IMG/VR virus record: IMGVR_UViG_3300047510_001668
Coordinates: 1 to 64,000 of that record
Direction: 5' to 3' (one strand)
From: a virus
DNA: 64,000 nt
The translations under genes were made by a program, and so were the position numbers. Each line of letters begins with the position of its first letter. The stretch's first letter is position 1. The notes below the pieces were generated by a model that saw nothing but the letters and a program-made list of their open reading frames with translations, searched no databases and was not told the origin of the DNA. Below are positions 18,855 through 29,400 of the stretch, one piece after another.

Positions 18855-20933
18855 TTATTCGTTATTTGTCAAGTCCTTATTCTTTAATTTTTCAATTTCT
18901 AGGTCTAATTCCTTGATTGCTTGAATTAATAGGGCGACAATCTTTTCATAACGAACGGCCATATACCCATTTTCTCTGGTGATAACGACTTCAGGAATGA
19001 CTCTTTCAATTTCTTGTGCGATAACCCCGATATCATGTCCATAGTTTTCGTGAATACCTTCCATTGGTATCCAATCAAATTCATATCCACCTAGTTGACG
19101 AATCTTTTCAATTGCACTAGCGATAAATTGCTTATTCTTCTTTAAGCGTTCATCTGATGAGTAGTATGCTACGATATCATTCGTTGCTCGAATATTACCA
19201 GCCGTACCCGATGCAGCTGTGCCAACGCCTAAAGAGTTTACTTGGGCGTTAGAGTTTGTAGTAAATCCACCAGCTGCACCTTGTGGTCCGGTTGGACCGG
19301 TTGGTCCTTGACGGCCTTGTGGTCCGGTTGGGCCGGTTGGTCCGGCGCCACCAGTTGGACCGGTTGGTCCTTGATTGCCTTGTGGACCAGTTGGTCCTGT
19401 ACCTCCTGCCGATCCAGTTGGACCGGTTGGTCCTTGACGGCCTTGTGGGCCGTCTGGGCCTGTTGGGCCAGTACCACCAGCTGATCCGGTTGGGCCTTGT
19501 CGGCCTTGTGGTCCGTCTATACCAGTTGGACCTTGACGGCCTTGTGGGCCTGTTGGGCCAGTGCCACCTGTTGGGCCTGTTGGACCTTGGTTCCCCTGTG
19601 GTCCGGCTGGGCCTGTACCGCCGGTTGGTCCTTGATTACCTTGTGGTCCGGTTGGGCCTGTACCGCCGGTTGGTCCTTGATTGCCTTGTGGACCAGTGCC
19701 ACCTGTATTTCCGGTTGGTCCTTGATTGCCTTGTGGGCCTTGGCGCCCTTGTGGTCCCAAATTTCCTTGTGGTCCTGTTGGTCCTTGGTTACCTTGCGGT
19801 CCTTGGTTTCCTTGCGGTCCTTGATTACCTTGTGGGCCTTGATTACCTTGTGGGCCTTGATTGCCTTGTGGGCCTTGATTGCCTTGTGGGCCTTGATTGC
19901 CTTGTGGTCCGGTTGGTCCTTGGTTTCCTTGTGGGCCAGTTGGTCCTGTACTGCCTGTTGGACCTTGGTTACCTTGAGCGCCAGTTGGGCCTTGATTACC
20001 TTGCGGACCAATTACTCCTTGCGGTCCTGTTGGTCCTTGGTTACCTTGTGGACCTTGTGGAGTTAACGCAAATGCGGCGTTTTGTGCAAATGAAGCGGAG
20101 GTAGCGAAACTACTGGTACCAAATAATGACCCAGTAAATGATGCTGCGGTAATTGAACTGGTGACCACAAGACTTCCTGCTATGCCTACGGTAGTACCAT
20201 TATCACTGATTTGTGAATTTACAATGTGGTCACCACTAGTTCCTGCTTTTGGTACAAGGTTTGCTGTCAAGAATTGTTCACTACCCAACGTGCCAGTATT
20301 TTCTGGACCTGTAATCAATATACTACTGGTGTTGGATGTACCAGCGTGGACGTATAACCAGACGTTATGTAAACTATCCCAGAATAGTGACCCAGATTGA
20401 TTTGCTGAACCCGAGTCAAATATAGTTAATCCACCAAAGCGTAGTGCTTCTGTGGTATTTAAAATGATGTCGTTTGACCCAACGTCTAATTGAGATGAAC
20501 TAATATATTGAACAGATTGTGATGTTGCGGTCAACAATCCATTGATGGTTACATTTAATGGGAACGTAAAATTATTATTGGAAAATGTAGTTCCCGTGAT
20601 TTGACTAAGTTGAATTTGCGAAGAACCGCTGACAGTTCCAGTTGGTAATAGTGGGGTAACTTGTGCCGCTCCACTAACGATACCTGCTGGAATATTACCC
20701 AATCCAACATAATCAACTTGTCCAGAGGATGATACGGTACCAGTTGGTAAAAATGCGGTGACTTGACCGCTACTACTAACTGTATTCGTTGGTAATGCAG
20801 CGACAATTTGCGCAGAACTGGATACAGTTCCTGGTGTGGTTGAGGACGATACAGATGCTGCGAAGTTTTGAATAGCGGAAGTCGGGATACTGCCTGTTTT
20901 AATTAAGACACCGGATAGACGAGTTTCTGTCAC
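18855..20933 (-). CDS. Collagen-like tail fibre with C-terminal S74 intramolecular chaperone
   Basis: GTG start with SD GGAG. Long Gly-X-Y run; [11 protein letters not shown]...[10 protein letters not shown]...[18 protein letters not shown]. Confidence 0.9.
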   Translation of the reverse strand: MTETRLSGVLIKTGSIPTSAIQNFAASVSSSTTPGTVSSSAQIVAALPTNTVSSSGQVTAFLPTGTVSSSGQVDYVGLGNIPAGIVSGAAQVTPLLPTGTVSGSSQIQLSQITGTTFSNNNFTFPLNVTINGLLTATSQSVQYISSSQLDVGSNDIILNTTEALRFGGLTIFDSGSANQSGSLFWDSLHNVWLYVHAGTSNTSSILITGPENTGTLGSEQFLTANLVPKAGTSGDHIVNSQISDNGTTVGIAGSLVVTSSITAASFTGSLFGTSSFATSASFAQNAAFALTPQGPQGNQGPTGPQGVIGPQGNQGPTGAQGNQGPTGSTGPTGPQGNQGPTGPQGNQGPQGNQGPQGNQGPQGNQGPQGNQGPQGNQGPQGNQGPTGPQGNLGPQGRQGPQGNQGPTGNTGGTGPQGNQGPTGGTGPTGPQGNQGPTGGTGPAGPQGNQGPTGPTGGTGPTGPQGRQGPTGIDGPQGRQGPTGSAGGTGPTGPDGPQGRQGPTGPTGSAGGTGPTGPQGNQGPTGPTGGAGPTGPTGPQGRQGPTGPTGPQGAAGGFTTNSNAQVNSLGVGTAASGTAGNIRATNDIVAYYSSDERLKKNKQFIASAIEKIRQLGGYEFDWIPMEGIHENYGHDIGVIAQEIERVIPEVVITRENGYMAVRYEKIVALLIQAIKELDLEIEKLKNKDLTNNE
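19272..20054 (-). repeat. Collagen Gly-X-Y repeat (87 triplets by coordinates), including an 18-bp GPQGNQ tandem near 19790-19910
   Basis: Uninterrupted [15 protein letters not shown] triplets in the translation; 783 nt = 87 x 9. Confidence 0.95.
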
Positions 20934-20959
20934 GTATAACTCCGTAAAAAGACCTATAG

Positions 20960-21000
20960 TATAAATAGAGTACGTTTAAATTATGACCTTGATATAAATA
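20960..21000 (-). promoter_or_regulatory. Two left-type putative late promoter motifs (TATTTATA on the coding strand)
   Basis: Copies at 20960-20967 and 20993-21000; the first is 27 nt upstream of the collagen fibre start. Confidence 0.5.
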
Positions 21001-21022
21001 TCATTTTTTTATCCAAGATACA

Positions 21023-21052
21023 AAAAAGACACGCCAAATAGCGTGTCTTTTT
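21023..21052. terminator. Bidirectional Rho-independent terminator
   Basis: Perfect inverted repeat AAAAAGACACGC-CAAATA-GCGTGTCTTTTT just after the stop of 21070..21501. Confidence 0.85.
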
Positions 21053-21069
21053 ATATGTACCCGATTGAA

Positions 21070-21501
21070 TTAGACTAACTTAAGTTCGGTTGGTGGTTCG
21101 TCTACCACTAGTGGGTATAGAGCCGAAAGCATTGCTGGTTCTAATTCCATTGAATCTGGGAAATCAGACAACTTGAAACTGACGTTGGTGACTTCTACGG
21201 TTTGCTTTAACAATTCATCCATTTCTTGGTTGACCGTTGCAATCTTGTCATTTGGAATGGTGACAGTATTTGGAATTGTATTTCCTTCGTTATCCGTTGC
21301 TTCAACAAAGTTTCCCAAGTGGTCACGGGTTGCATACTTGGTACGAATGTCCTTCAATGGTTCATCCACTGCCTTAGCAAATGGTTCGAGAGTACGAACT
21401 GCGGTGGTGACCTTCCACGCTAACTTAATTGGGAGCTTTTGCTGACCAATAGAATTTAATGCTTGCATTGCATTCAAAACCTGAACGTTCGTTAACTGCA
21501 T
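21070..21501 (-). CDS. Hypothetical helical protein (possibly DUF1617-like)
   Basis: 143-aa ORF with SD GGAGG, its own promoter and its own terminator. Confidence 0.75.
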   Translation of the reverse strand: MQLTNVQVLNAMQALNSIGQQKLPIKLAWKVTTAVRTLEPFAKAVDEPLKDIRTKYATRDHLGNFVEATDNEGNTIPNTVTIPNDKIATVNQEMDELLKQTVEVTNVSFKLSDFPDSMELEPAMLSALYPLVVDEPPTELKLV

Positions 21502-21549
21502 TGTGTAACCTCCAAAAAATATAATAGGTTGGTATATACCGTGTTTATA

Positions 21550-21578
21550 AGTATATAATTAGTGTCAAATTCTGTCAA
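21550..21578 (-). promoter_or_regulatory. Near-consensus sigma70 promoter
   Basis: TTGACA (21578-21573), 17-nt spacer, TATACT (21555-21550). Confidence 0.8.
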
Positions 21579-21612
21579 GTCCTACAAAAATATTGTATAT
21601 TAAATTGATAAA

Positions 21613-21987
21613 TTATGGAGCGGATCCTGATACCGCTGGGTTTGGTCCTCCAAGATTTTGTCCCCACGGAGTTTCCGTTACGTCAGACCACGGGTCATTC
21701 TTCTTGGTGATTTGCTTGATGATTTGTTCTTGTACGTGGTCAAGATAATTTTCTACAACGATACCTTGAATCCAACTTAATACTTGTTCTTTGGTTAAAT
21801 CTTCGTATGCGGTAAAACTACCACTTGCGGGTAATGGAAGTGGCGTTGCGCCTTGGAATTGACCTGTGGTACCATTTTCATCGGTACCTGTGCATGTCCA
21901 ACGTACATGAACGATGACGTTATTCATGCCTTCAAGAGTTGGTGCCTTCCGAATATTAGTGATGTCCCATGTATATGTTATTGCCAT
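21613..21987 (-). CDS. Small fibre-associated protein
   Basis: MAITYTWDIT...VHVRWTCTGTD...FTAYEDLTKEQVLSWI; SD AGGAG; directly follows an S74 fibre gene. Confidence 0.75.
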   Translation of the reverse strand: MAITYTWDITNIRKAPTLEGMNNVIVHVRWTCTGTDENGTTGQFQGATPLPLPASGSFTAYEDLTKEQVLSWIQGIVVENYLDHVQEQIIKQITKKNDPWSDVTETPWGQNLGGPNPAVSGSAP

Positions 21988-22025
21988 TGTGTTCTCCTAC
22001 CAGTTAATCTGGTTCTGTTTGAGAG

Positions 22026-25000
22026 TTATGAGTTATTTATACGATTTTCCAGCTCTTCAATTTTTGCTTGTTGTGTTGCAATTTGTTGTTTCAATATTTC
22101 AATGTCATCGGTTTTCTTCAAAATGTTTCTTAATGCTGCGTGATAGTAAGGAATCATTTGCACATAATCCACAGTAAACTGTTCATTTGCAGGAGATGTA
22201 TGTCCATAAATATCAGTTTCGGCGGGTAATCCTTCCTTTGGTACAGCTGCCACAAGATGTCGGAATCCATTACGAATAACATCTTGAGCAATAAACCCTG
22301 TTTTCAATTCTCTGTCTAGTAATCCTTCATTTCCTATCTTTGCATTCTTCCAACGATAATGCACAGGATCAATATCACGTATGAAACTTAACCCTTCATT
22401 TTCAGAAATGATATTCACAACATCTTTTAAACGTCTATCAGAGTGGGTCATGTATTCTGCACAAATAATACGACTTCCATCATCAACATAAATGGCAAGT
22501 CCTACGCCTTGAGCACCGTTACCATAAGAACCATATCCAACGCCGGATGAAAGATAATAATATGATGCAGGGGAAGTGAATCCTATATTTCCAAGAACGG
22601 TGAGCATTGCGTAATTAGTACCATTATTTCCTATATGTGCTCTGTACATTCTAGATACATTGTTTGGGTCTGTATACCAAGCGGTGTCATTTTGGTCATA
22701 GAAGATAGGGGAACGTGAACTTCCTCCATGTATGGTATATCCATATGGGAATTCCGTATAACTTCCGTTCCAATACCAGATCCATCCACGACTGTTATCA
22801 TGCACCCCTACGTTGTCACCAGTAGTGGACATGAACACGTGACGAGAACCGATACCCCAACCACTCCATCCGTTACGTCCTGAACCGTATGTGGTGGCGT
22901 TTCCATAACTGTTACCAGCCGAATGTGCCCACCATGCTCCGTACCCATATGCTTGAGAATACCAACCAGTATCGGAGTGGTTTCTGAACCATCCGTAATT
23001 GTATATTTCGTTGGGGTCTATGCGACCCATGCGGCTGAAGTCGTTTGGATCCACATAATATCCGGTGTTGTTATAATCATAGAATATTGTTCCTCTCACA
23101 TCACTTGAAGCAACAACATTGTAAGACATTGATGACCCGAATCCACCATTAATTAACACCAATAATCCGTGGCTACTCATGTTTCCTGCCACACCACCTG
23201 CATTGGGATGTGACCATGCTATACCATACAAATTACCTGTGCTTGTGCCGTCAATAGGCAACTTATATGAGTTACCCATAGCGAATACGCCTTGATATCG
23301 TGTAGAAGCATATGCACCTACAATGGAACATCCGTAATTGTAATCTAAATAAAGATTTTCATTACCATCAATTCTGATACCACCGTTTGCCACGACATAG
23401 GATAAACGAGCGGTACCAGCGGGGTCTGTGTAATATGCTGTATTATTACTATCATAGAAAATGGGTGCCCTTAATGATCCCGCGGCTTCCAAATAAACAT
23501 CCGTATAGATGTAAGATGCGTTAAAGCCCATTTTTCTAGAACCCGCATACATTAAACTAACATCATGTGAACTATAACTACCTATAAAAACTGAACTGGG
23601 TGTATGAACATACATACCAGCTTCAATACCGGGTGTTCTAGCGTGTAAAACAAACTTTACGTGCGGTCCGTTACTAAATCTTATTTGTGTGCCCCATCCC
23701 CCTGGATCAGACCAATCATCTCCACTATCACCAACATAGAGGTTTCTTAAACGAGAACCTCCTGCTGGATTTAAATAAAACGCGGTATCATTATTATCAT
23801 AGAAAACGGGTGACCGCATTGATCCCACTGCCCAAAGATTACCAGAGGTATCACCATAGGTTACGTTTGAACCACTACCATTTCTAAAAATAAATTCTGA
23901 TCCATATTGGAAATACCAGTTGCTACTATGATATTGAATTTTTCCAGCAAATTCACCATCCCATGTTGCTGAATCTGCTCGCCAACTACCTACGGTACGT
24001 ATTGCTGTAGTCGAAGTTGGGTCTATGTAATATCCTGTATTATTACTATCATAGAAGATGGGGGATCTTACATCAGACCCCACATATAAAATATTTTCTA
24101 CACGAACATTACTATCACCTCTAGCAACAGAAAATACTTCGCTACCTTCATAATACTTAACAGAATTATTATAGAAACGTATGCCACCGTAAGTAGCGGC
24201 CGCACCTATTTTGATGCCTGTGTGCCAATCTAAAGTTAACTTAGTGTAATTACCATTATAATTTTCTAAAGTAGTGCCAATAGAATATCCTTGAATATCA
24301 CTTTCCCCATGATTATTGAAGAACAATGTACCCTGTACTGCTGTGGTATATACTTGTCCTGATGTGTATCCTAAATCAAGAGATTGTAATTCACTTTTAC
24401 TATTAGGGTTAACATAAAATGTGGTGTCATTACTATCATAGAAGATGGGAGCACGGAAATCACCACTGGTGGTGTAGGTGCCTGTGCCACCTGTTTTGCT
24501 ACTCAACCCATCAAAAGACAATCCTGTGATGTATCCAGAATTGTTTGTGAACTGGGATATGTTCATGCTGGTTAATGCACCTGCCGTGGTGGCAGTTGTG
24601 GCATTGCCACTTAATGCCGCTGTAATAGTGCCAGCTGTGAAGTTACCTGAACCATCACGCGCCACGATGGTTGATGCTGTGTTGGCTGATGTGGCGTTGC
24701 TGGTGACAGTGAATGTTGCAGCTCCAGACCCATTGTAGGTTTGTGACCCTGACAATCCTGTGCCAGACACGCCCATTGTTAATGTTGCTAAATTACTGCC
24801 TAGTGCCACACCTGAAATGGTACTATTAGCCAATTTGTTGTTGGCAATACTGCCTGCCAACATGGTGTTGGTCACAGTGCCTGTGTCTGTGGTGTACACA
24901 CCGTTTGTGACAGTTGAGGCATTGCCTGACAAAGCGCCAACGAATGTACCTGCCACGAAATTTTGCGACCCCACGGTCCATCTATCATTGGTTTCATCCC

Positions 25001-26135
25001 AAAGCAATGTGACATTGCTGGATGTGCCACGTTCCACTTCAATGCCTGCATCTTGTGACGGCGTGCCAGTTTCATTGCTGTTCAACACCACGGTGTTGTC
25101 AGCCAAATTGATGGTTTCTGTATTGATGGTGGTGGTGGTGCCTGATACTGTGAGATTGCCTGACACCACAACATCATTGAAGGTCACATTGTCTGAGGTA
25201 CCGACAGCTTGTCCAATGGCAACTTGTCCGGATGAGATGGTGACACCTGTGCCTGCCGAGAAATGTGCTCGAACTTCAGAAGCACTAGGTCCTGTATATG
25301 TAAACACACCTGTGCCTGAATCATATGTGAAACTACCATCACCGCCAGCATCAGTGGCACTCATGGCACCACGAGCACGTGTGTTGGTGAACCAGAGGTT
25401 TACAGGTGAAGCATCTTCAGCAACATCATCTGTGACGAGAGTTCTAGTACCACCCAATGATACTGATGTGCCATTGATGGTGATGCTACTATTTGTCAAT
25501 GAACTATTACCAATATTTGAAATGGTGTTGTCACCACCACTAATGGTCTTGTTGGTGAGTGTTTGTGCTCCCGTCAATGTGGCCACGGTGTTGTCAATGT
25601 CCAATGTTACCGTGTTGTTGGTGACGGTGGATGACAATCCTGTACCGCCTGCCACAGTCAAGGTATCGGAAATCAATGACACACTATCTGTACCCGTGTC
25701 ACCTGCAATGTTTATGGAAGAACTGACTGATGCTGTGGTGGCTGAGGTGATGCGACCATATGTGTCAATGGTCAACACAGGAACGGCTGTTGATGAGCCA
25801 TAGCTGCTGGCTGTGACACCAGATGCAGCCAATGCCACAGTGACAGCAGCAGATTCACCTGACCCTGTGGCGGTGATGCCTGTGCCTGCCGCCACAGAAG
25901 CCACATAATCACCTGTGGTGTCAGTTCCCAAGGTGATGCTGTTTCCAGACACCGTGGCAGTTAATGTAATATCATGAGCACCGCTGATACTAGCACTTCC
26001 GGATACATCACCTGATAGTGTCAGAGTTCGAGCTGTTTCCCAGGCACTAGCTGTGGCAGCATTCGTGGTGATGGTGCCTGTAGCTGACACATGGGAGCCT
26101 AATTTTGAAAACTTTCTACTAATGGATTCAGTCAT
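22026..26135 (-). CDS. Long tail fibre 1 with S74 chaperone domain
   Basis: Thr/Ser/Gly-rich shaft, six RxPIFYD repeats, C-terminal THSDRRLKD...TGFIAQDV...VDYVQMIPY plus coiled coil. Confidence 0.9.
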   Translation of the reverse strand: MTESISRKFSKLGSHVSATGTITTNAATASAWETARTLTLSGDVSGSASISGAHDITLTATVSGNSITLGTDTTGDYVASVAAGTGITATGSGESAAVTVALAASGVTASSYGSSTAVPVLTIDTYGRITSATTASVSSSINIAGDTGTDSVSLISDTLTVAGGTGLSSTVTNNTVTLDIDNTVATLTGAQTLTNKTISGGDNTISNIGNSSLTNSSITINGTSVSLGGTRTLVTDDVAEDASPVNLWFTNTRARGAMSATDAGGDGSFTYDSGTGVFTYTGPSASEVRAHFSAGTGVTISSGQVAIGQAVGTSDNVTFNDVVVSGNLTVSGTTTTINTETINLADNTVVLNSNETGTPSQDAGIEVERGTSSNVTLLWDETNDRWTVGSQNFVAGTFVGALSGNASTVTNGVYTTDTGTVTNTMLAGSIANNKLANSTISGVALGSNLATLTMGVSGTGLSGSQTYNGSGAATFTVTSNATSANTASTIVARDGSGNFTAGTITAALSGNATTATTAGALTSMNISQFTNNSGYITGLSFDGLSSKTGGTGTYTTSGDFRAPIFYDSNDTTFYVNPNSKSELQSLDLGYTSGQVYTTAVQGTLFFNNHGESDIQGYSIGTTLENYNGNYTKLTLDWHTGIKIGAAATYGGIRFYNNSVKYYEGSEVFSVARGDSNVRVENILYVGSDVRSPIFYDSNNTGYYIDPTSTTAIRTVGSWRADSATWDGEFAGKIQYHSSNWYFQYGSEFIFRNGSGSNVTYGDTSGNLWAVGSMRSPVFYDNNDTAFYLNPAGGSRLRNLYVGDSGDDWSDPGGWGTQIRFSNGPHVKFVLHARTPGIEAGMYVHTPSSVFIGSYSSHDVSLMYAGSRKMGFNASYIYTDVYLEAAGSLRAPIFYDSNNTAYYTDPAGTARLSYVVANGGIRIDGNENLYLDYNYGCSIVGAYASTRYQGVFAMGNSYKLPIDGTSTGNLYGIAWSHPNAGGVAGNMSSHGLLVLINGGFGSSMSYNVVASSDVRGTIFYDYNNTGYYVDPNDFSRMGRIDPNEIYNYGWFRNHSDTGWYSQAYGYGAWWAHSAGNSYGNATTYGSGRNGWSGWGIGSRHVFMSTTGDNVGVHDNSRGWIWYWNGSYTEFPYGYTIHGGSSRSPIFYDQNDTAWYTDPNNVSRMYRAHIGNNGTNYAMLTVLGNIGFTSPASYYYLSSGVGYGSYGNGAQGVGLAIYVDDGSRIICAEYMTHSDRRLKDVVNIISENEGLSFIRDIDPVHYRWKNAKIGNEGLLDRELKTGFIAQDVIRNGFRHLVAAVPKEGLPAETDIYGHTSPANEQFTVDYVQMIPYYHAALRNILKKTDDIEILKQQIATQQAKIEELENRINNS
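22681..24465 (-). repeat. Six dispersed RxP(I/V)FYDxNxT repeats bounding fibre modules
   Basis: FRAPIFYDSNDT, VRSPIFYDSNNT, MRSPVFYDNNDT, LRAPIFYDSNNT, VRGTIFYDYNNT, SRSPIFYDQNDT; plus-strand DNA core near ttactatcatagaa. Confidence 0.85.
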
Positions 26136-26165
26136 GTCCGTCCTCTACGAGTGTTATCGTATGAG

Positions 26166-26173
26166 TATTTATT
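26166..26173 (-). promoter_or_regulatory. T4-like late promoter variant (AATAAATA)
   Basis: 31 nt upstream of the fibre 1 start. Confidence 0.5.
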
Positions 26174-26408
26174 GAGGTTCTGTATGATATGTAGCTTTGG
26201 CATTTGGGTCAGGTATTTTTACAAAACCAATATCAATTTTATTTACCGTGGAATCAATGATGCTTTGTAAAAATGTTTCATCCACATGTCCTGTGTCTGT
26301 TCGAGGTACAGGAAATGTTCGTGTGATGCAATGTGATGCTTCGTTAGTAAACGTCACCGTGATGGTTTCATCACTAGCGGTGATGTCAGGATATGTTACT
26401 GTAATCAT
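26169..26408 (-). CDS. Small fibre-associated hypothetical protein
   Basis: 79-aa ORF with ATGA overlap to the fibre 2 stop. Confidence 0.65.
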   Translation of the reverse strand: MITVTYPDITASDETITVTFTNEASHCITRTFPVPRTDTGHVDETFLQSIIDSTVNKIDIGFVKIPDPNAKATYHTEPQ

Positions 26409-29400
26409 TCTATACCTCGTGATTTCTTTAATTCATCAATTTGTTTTTGTTGTTCCTTGATGGCTTCAATCAATACAGCCACGAAGTTACCATAGGACAC
26501 TGCCTTTCTCATTTCTCCTGTCGTGGTGGGGACTTCCAACACCAATTCAGGAAGCACTTCTTCCACATCTTGTGCAATCAACCCTACACCTGCTTTGTCA
26601 TTTTCAATCAACTTGTAGGTGACACCTTGAAGTCGTTGAACTAGTTCCAATCCATTTTCAATGTTCTTGATGTCCTTCTTGATTCTTCTGTCTGAGTAGG
26701 CAGTGACGTTGCCTGCAAATACACCATTGCCGCTTCTGTCAATGGACAACACTGTGGTACCCCATCCACCATTTCTCCATCCGTGGTCACGATTCACACG
26801 GAAATATTCCGCGTCATTGTAACCGAACCCTATGGTATAGGTGTTGTTATTTTGACCTTGAGAAAACAGAATGGAAGGTTTATCGTATCCTGCACCTGAA
26901 TCAATTCTGAATTCTGCCACAACACCCCAAGAATGGTCACCATGAGTGTTTACAAACATTGCAGTTGCTGCATTTCCTGCTGCACTTGATGTATTTCTAA
27001 ACAGATATACGTGATTGGTGCCACTGAATGATCCAATAAAGTGAAATCTATGTAATGGTTCACTATTGGCGCCATATGCACCCCAATCAGCGTCCCATCC
27101 AAATCCCATGCGTCCGTTGGTACGAACTGTCATGAAGGTGGCACCTGCATATCCGGCAATACCATTATGAGGATTGTAGTCGGTGTTGCCGAAATCTCCA
27201 CTGGAGAATCCCATGTCAAATTTTGTACCATCACCACTAGTTCCAATCAGCCATTGACGAGCGCCTAGTCCATCATGAGCAAATTGAATGGTGGGACCAT
27301 GAGATGTATTACCTGTGGCAGTGTGGTCCAGTACCAGTGCAGGATACTGCCCACGAAGATACATGGTGGGGCGAGCATTTGCATCAACCAAGGTGTAAGG
27401 GAAACTAGTTTGACCTGACCCTATCACGACACGCGAACCATTTGCATCCGATACGTGACGCATCGTGGTGGTGTTATTATGAACGTGGTCTATAAATTTA
27501 CCAGATTCAGTTGACACGCTAATACTATTATCACCGTAAATACCACCACGATTCCACGCTGCACCTAAACGAATTTCACCGGAGTAGGATTCTGGGCTAC
27601 TAATACTAATATTTCTTGAACTGTTTATCAATGGAATGGTGCTTGTACTAGTGCCTACATGATATCCATCTACTAAGTCTGCATCCAATCCAGAACCCGC
27701 ACCATCATTCGTAGAGGTCCAGGCATAACTTCCTACGTTACCCGCGTGAAGAACTTGATTTCCACCCTGTTGAAGAGCAACTAATGAATTGATAGCACTA
27801 CCATTCAACGTCATCCAGGCACCATCATAACCAGTACCAATCCATGCCCATGTAAGAGCGTCATTTCCACCAAGTGCACCAAATCCAGCTCGGGTTGTTC
27901 CGGCACTTCCTTGAAAATATGTTCCCATTGACCATCCGCCGACCTCACCTCGCATGGCAATATATCCACCGCCAGTATTTAATTCAATAGAACGCCCACC
28001 CGTCAACGTACCGCCGCCTATAGGTAGGGCGTAAGTACTTACGTTACCAGCATGCAATACAGTATTTCCGCTCCAAGTAATTCCTGAACGGGTGATACGA
28101 GCCACTTCTGTATATGTGGCAGGTTGAGAAGATTTGAAGAACCATCCTGTTGTATCATTGGCTTCAGCATATTCAACAAGGCACATTTGATGTCCTGCGG
28201 TATATGTTGGGGATCCATTACCTGCCGTAGCTCCTGTGATATTGGCACGCATGGTTATCAAATGATTGGTGTTTGGATACCCACGAATTAATCCATAAGT
28301 GTTTACACCACCCGTGTTCAATACTAAATCTGCGCCTGTTATTGTAAGTCCACCAGTAAGTGTGCCGCCACTCAACGGAAGAGCGTAAGAAGAATAGTTA
28401 CTAGTTGTGAGTAATCCTAGCTGACTGATAACATGAGCTGGCGTTGATTTGCGATTATAATTATCAGAACTACTATTGGTCCAGAAAGCTGCAATAGTTG
28501 GATTTTCTGAATTGCTGGATGATTGATTGAAATGTACTCCAAAGAAATATCTGCCTGTGATATCAGCTCCACTGTCACGTAATACAATTGTGTTTGCGGT
28601 TGCTGCTGTAGCAGAACTATAACCATCCAGCAAATCAGCATCCAACCCAGATCCTGCTCCATCATTTCCAGCTGTCCAAATGGCGTTTCCGTTGTATCGA
28701 AAAGCTCCATTGCCATCACCTGAAGCAACATCTAAATTGCCTCCTGTGGCACGAACACTCCAAGAGCGTGTTCCTGATTGGTCAAATTGTAATAAATTAG
28801 CGCCAAACTGTAAATTACCTGTAAGTGAACCTCCACTGATAGGTAAGGCATCTGTGATACCAAACCCTGACAACGTAGTAGGCTTACTTGTAATACCTGA
28901 CCATGCAACATTTGTTGCTGTTGATGCGTTGCCTGATAATGCCGCTGTAATTGTTCCTGCACTAAAATTACCTGAACCATCACGTGCTACTATTGTAGAT
29001 GCTGTATTGGCACTTGTGGCATTACTTGTGATGGTATACGTGGCATTCTCACCTGAGCCTGAGACAGACAATCCTGTACCTGATACTGCAACAGTTGCAA
29101 CATAATCACCTGTAGTATCAGTTCCCAGAGCAACACTATCAGCAGCAATCGTAGTAGAAATACTAATGTTCCCTGACCCATCAAATGCGGCTGAGGTGCC
29201 TGTGACATCACCTGACAGGGTTAATGTTCTACCTGTTGCCCAAGCAGATGCCGTGCTGGCATTGCCTGTTAAACTTCCGATGAATGATGAGGCTTGAACT
29301 GGAGCCAAGGCAAATGACGCATGGGTGATGTCAATGTAAGCAGAAGCATCAGGTTCCGGAGTGTACTGATGAAAGAACTTCCATCTTCCATCAGATTCAT

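Noticed and set aside
19238-20104. Long alternative-frame ORFs over the collagen repeat (273, 189 and 164 aa)
   Set aside because: They are by-products of a stop-poor 9-bp repeat; the translations are meaningless periodic strings with no SD.
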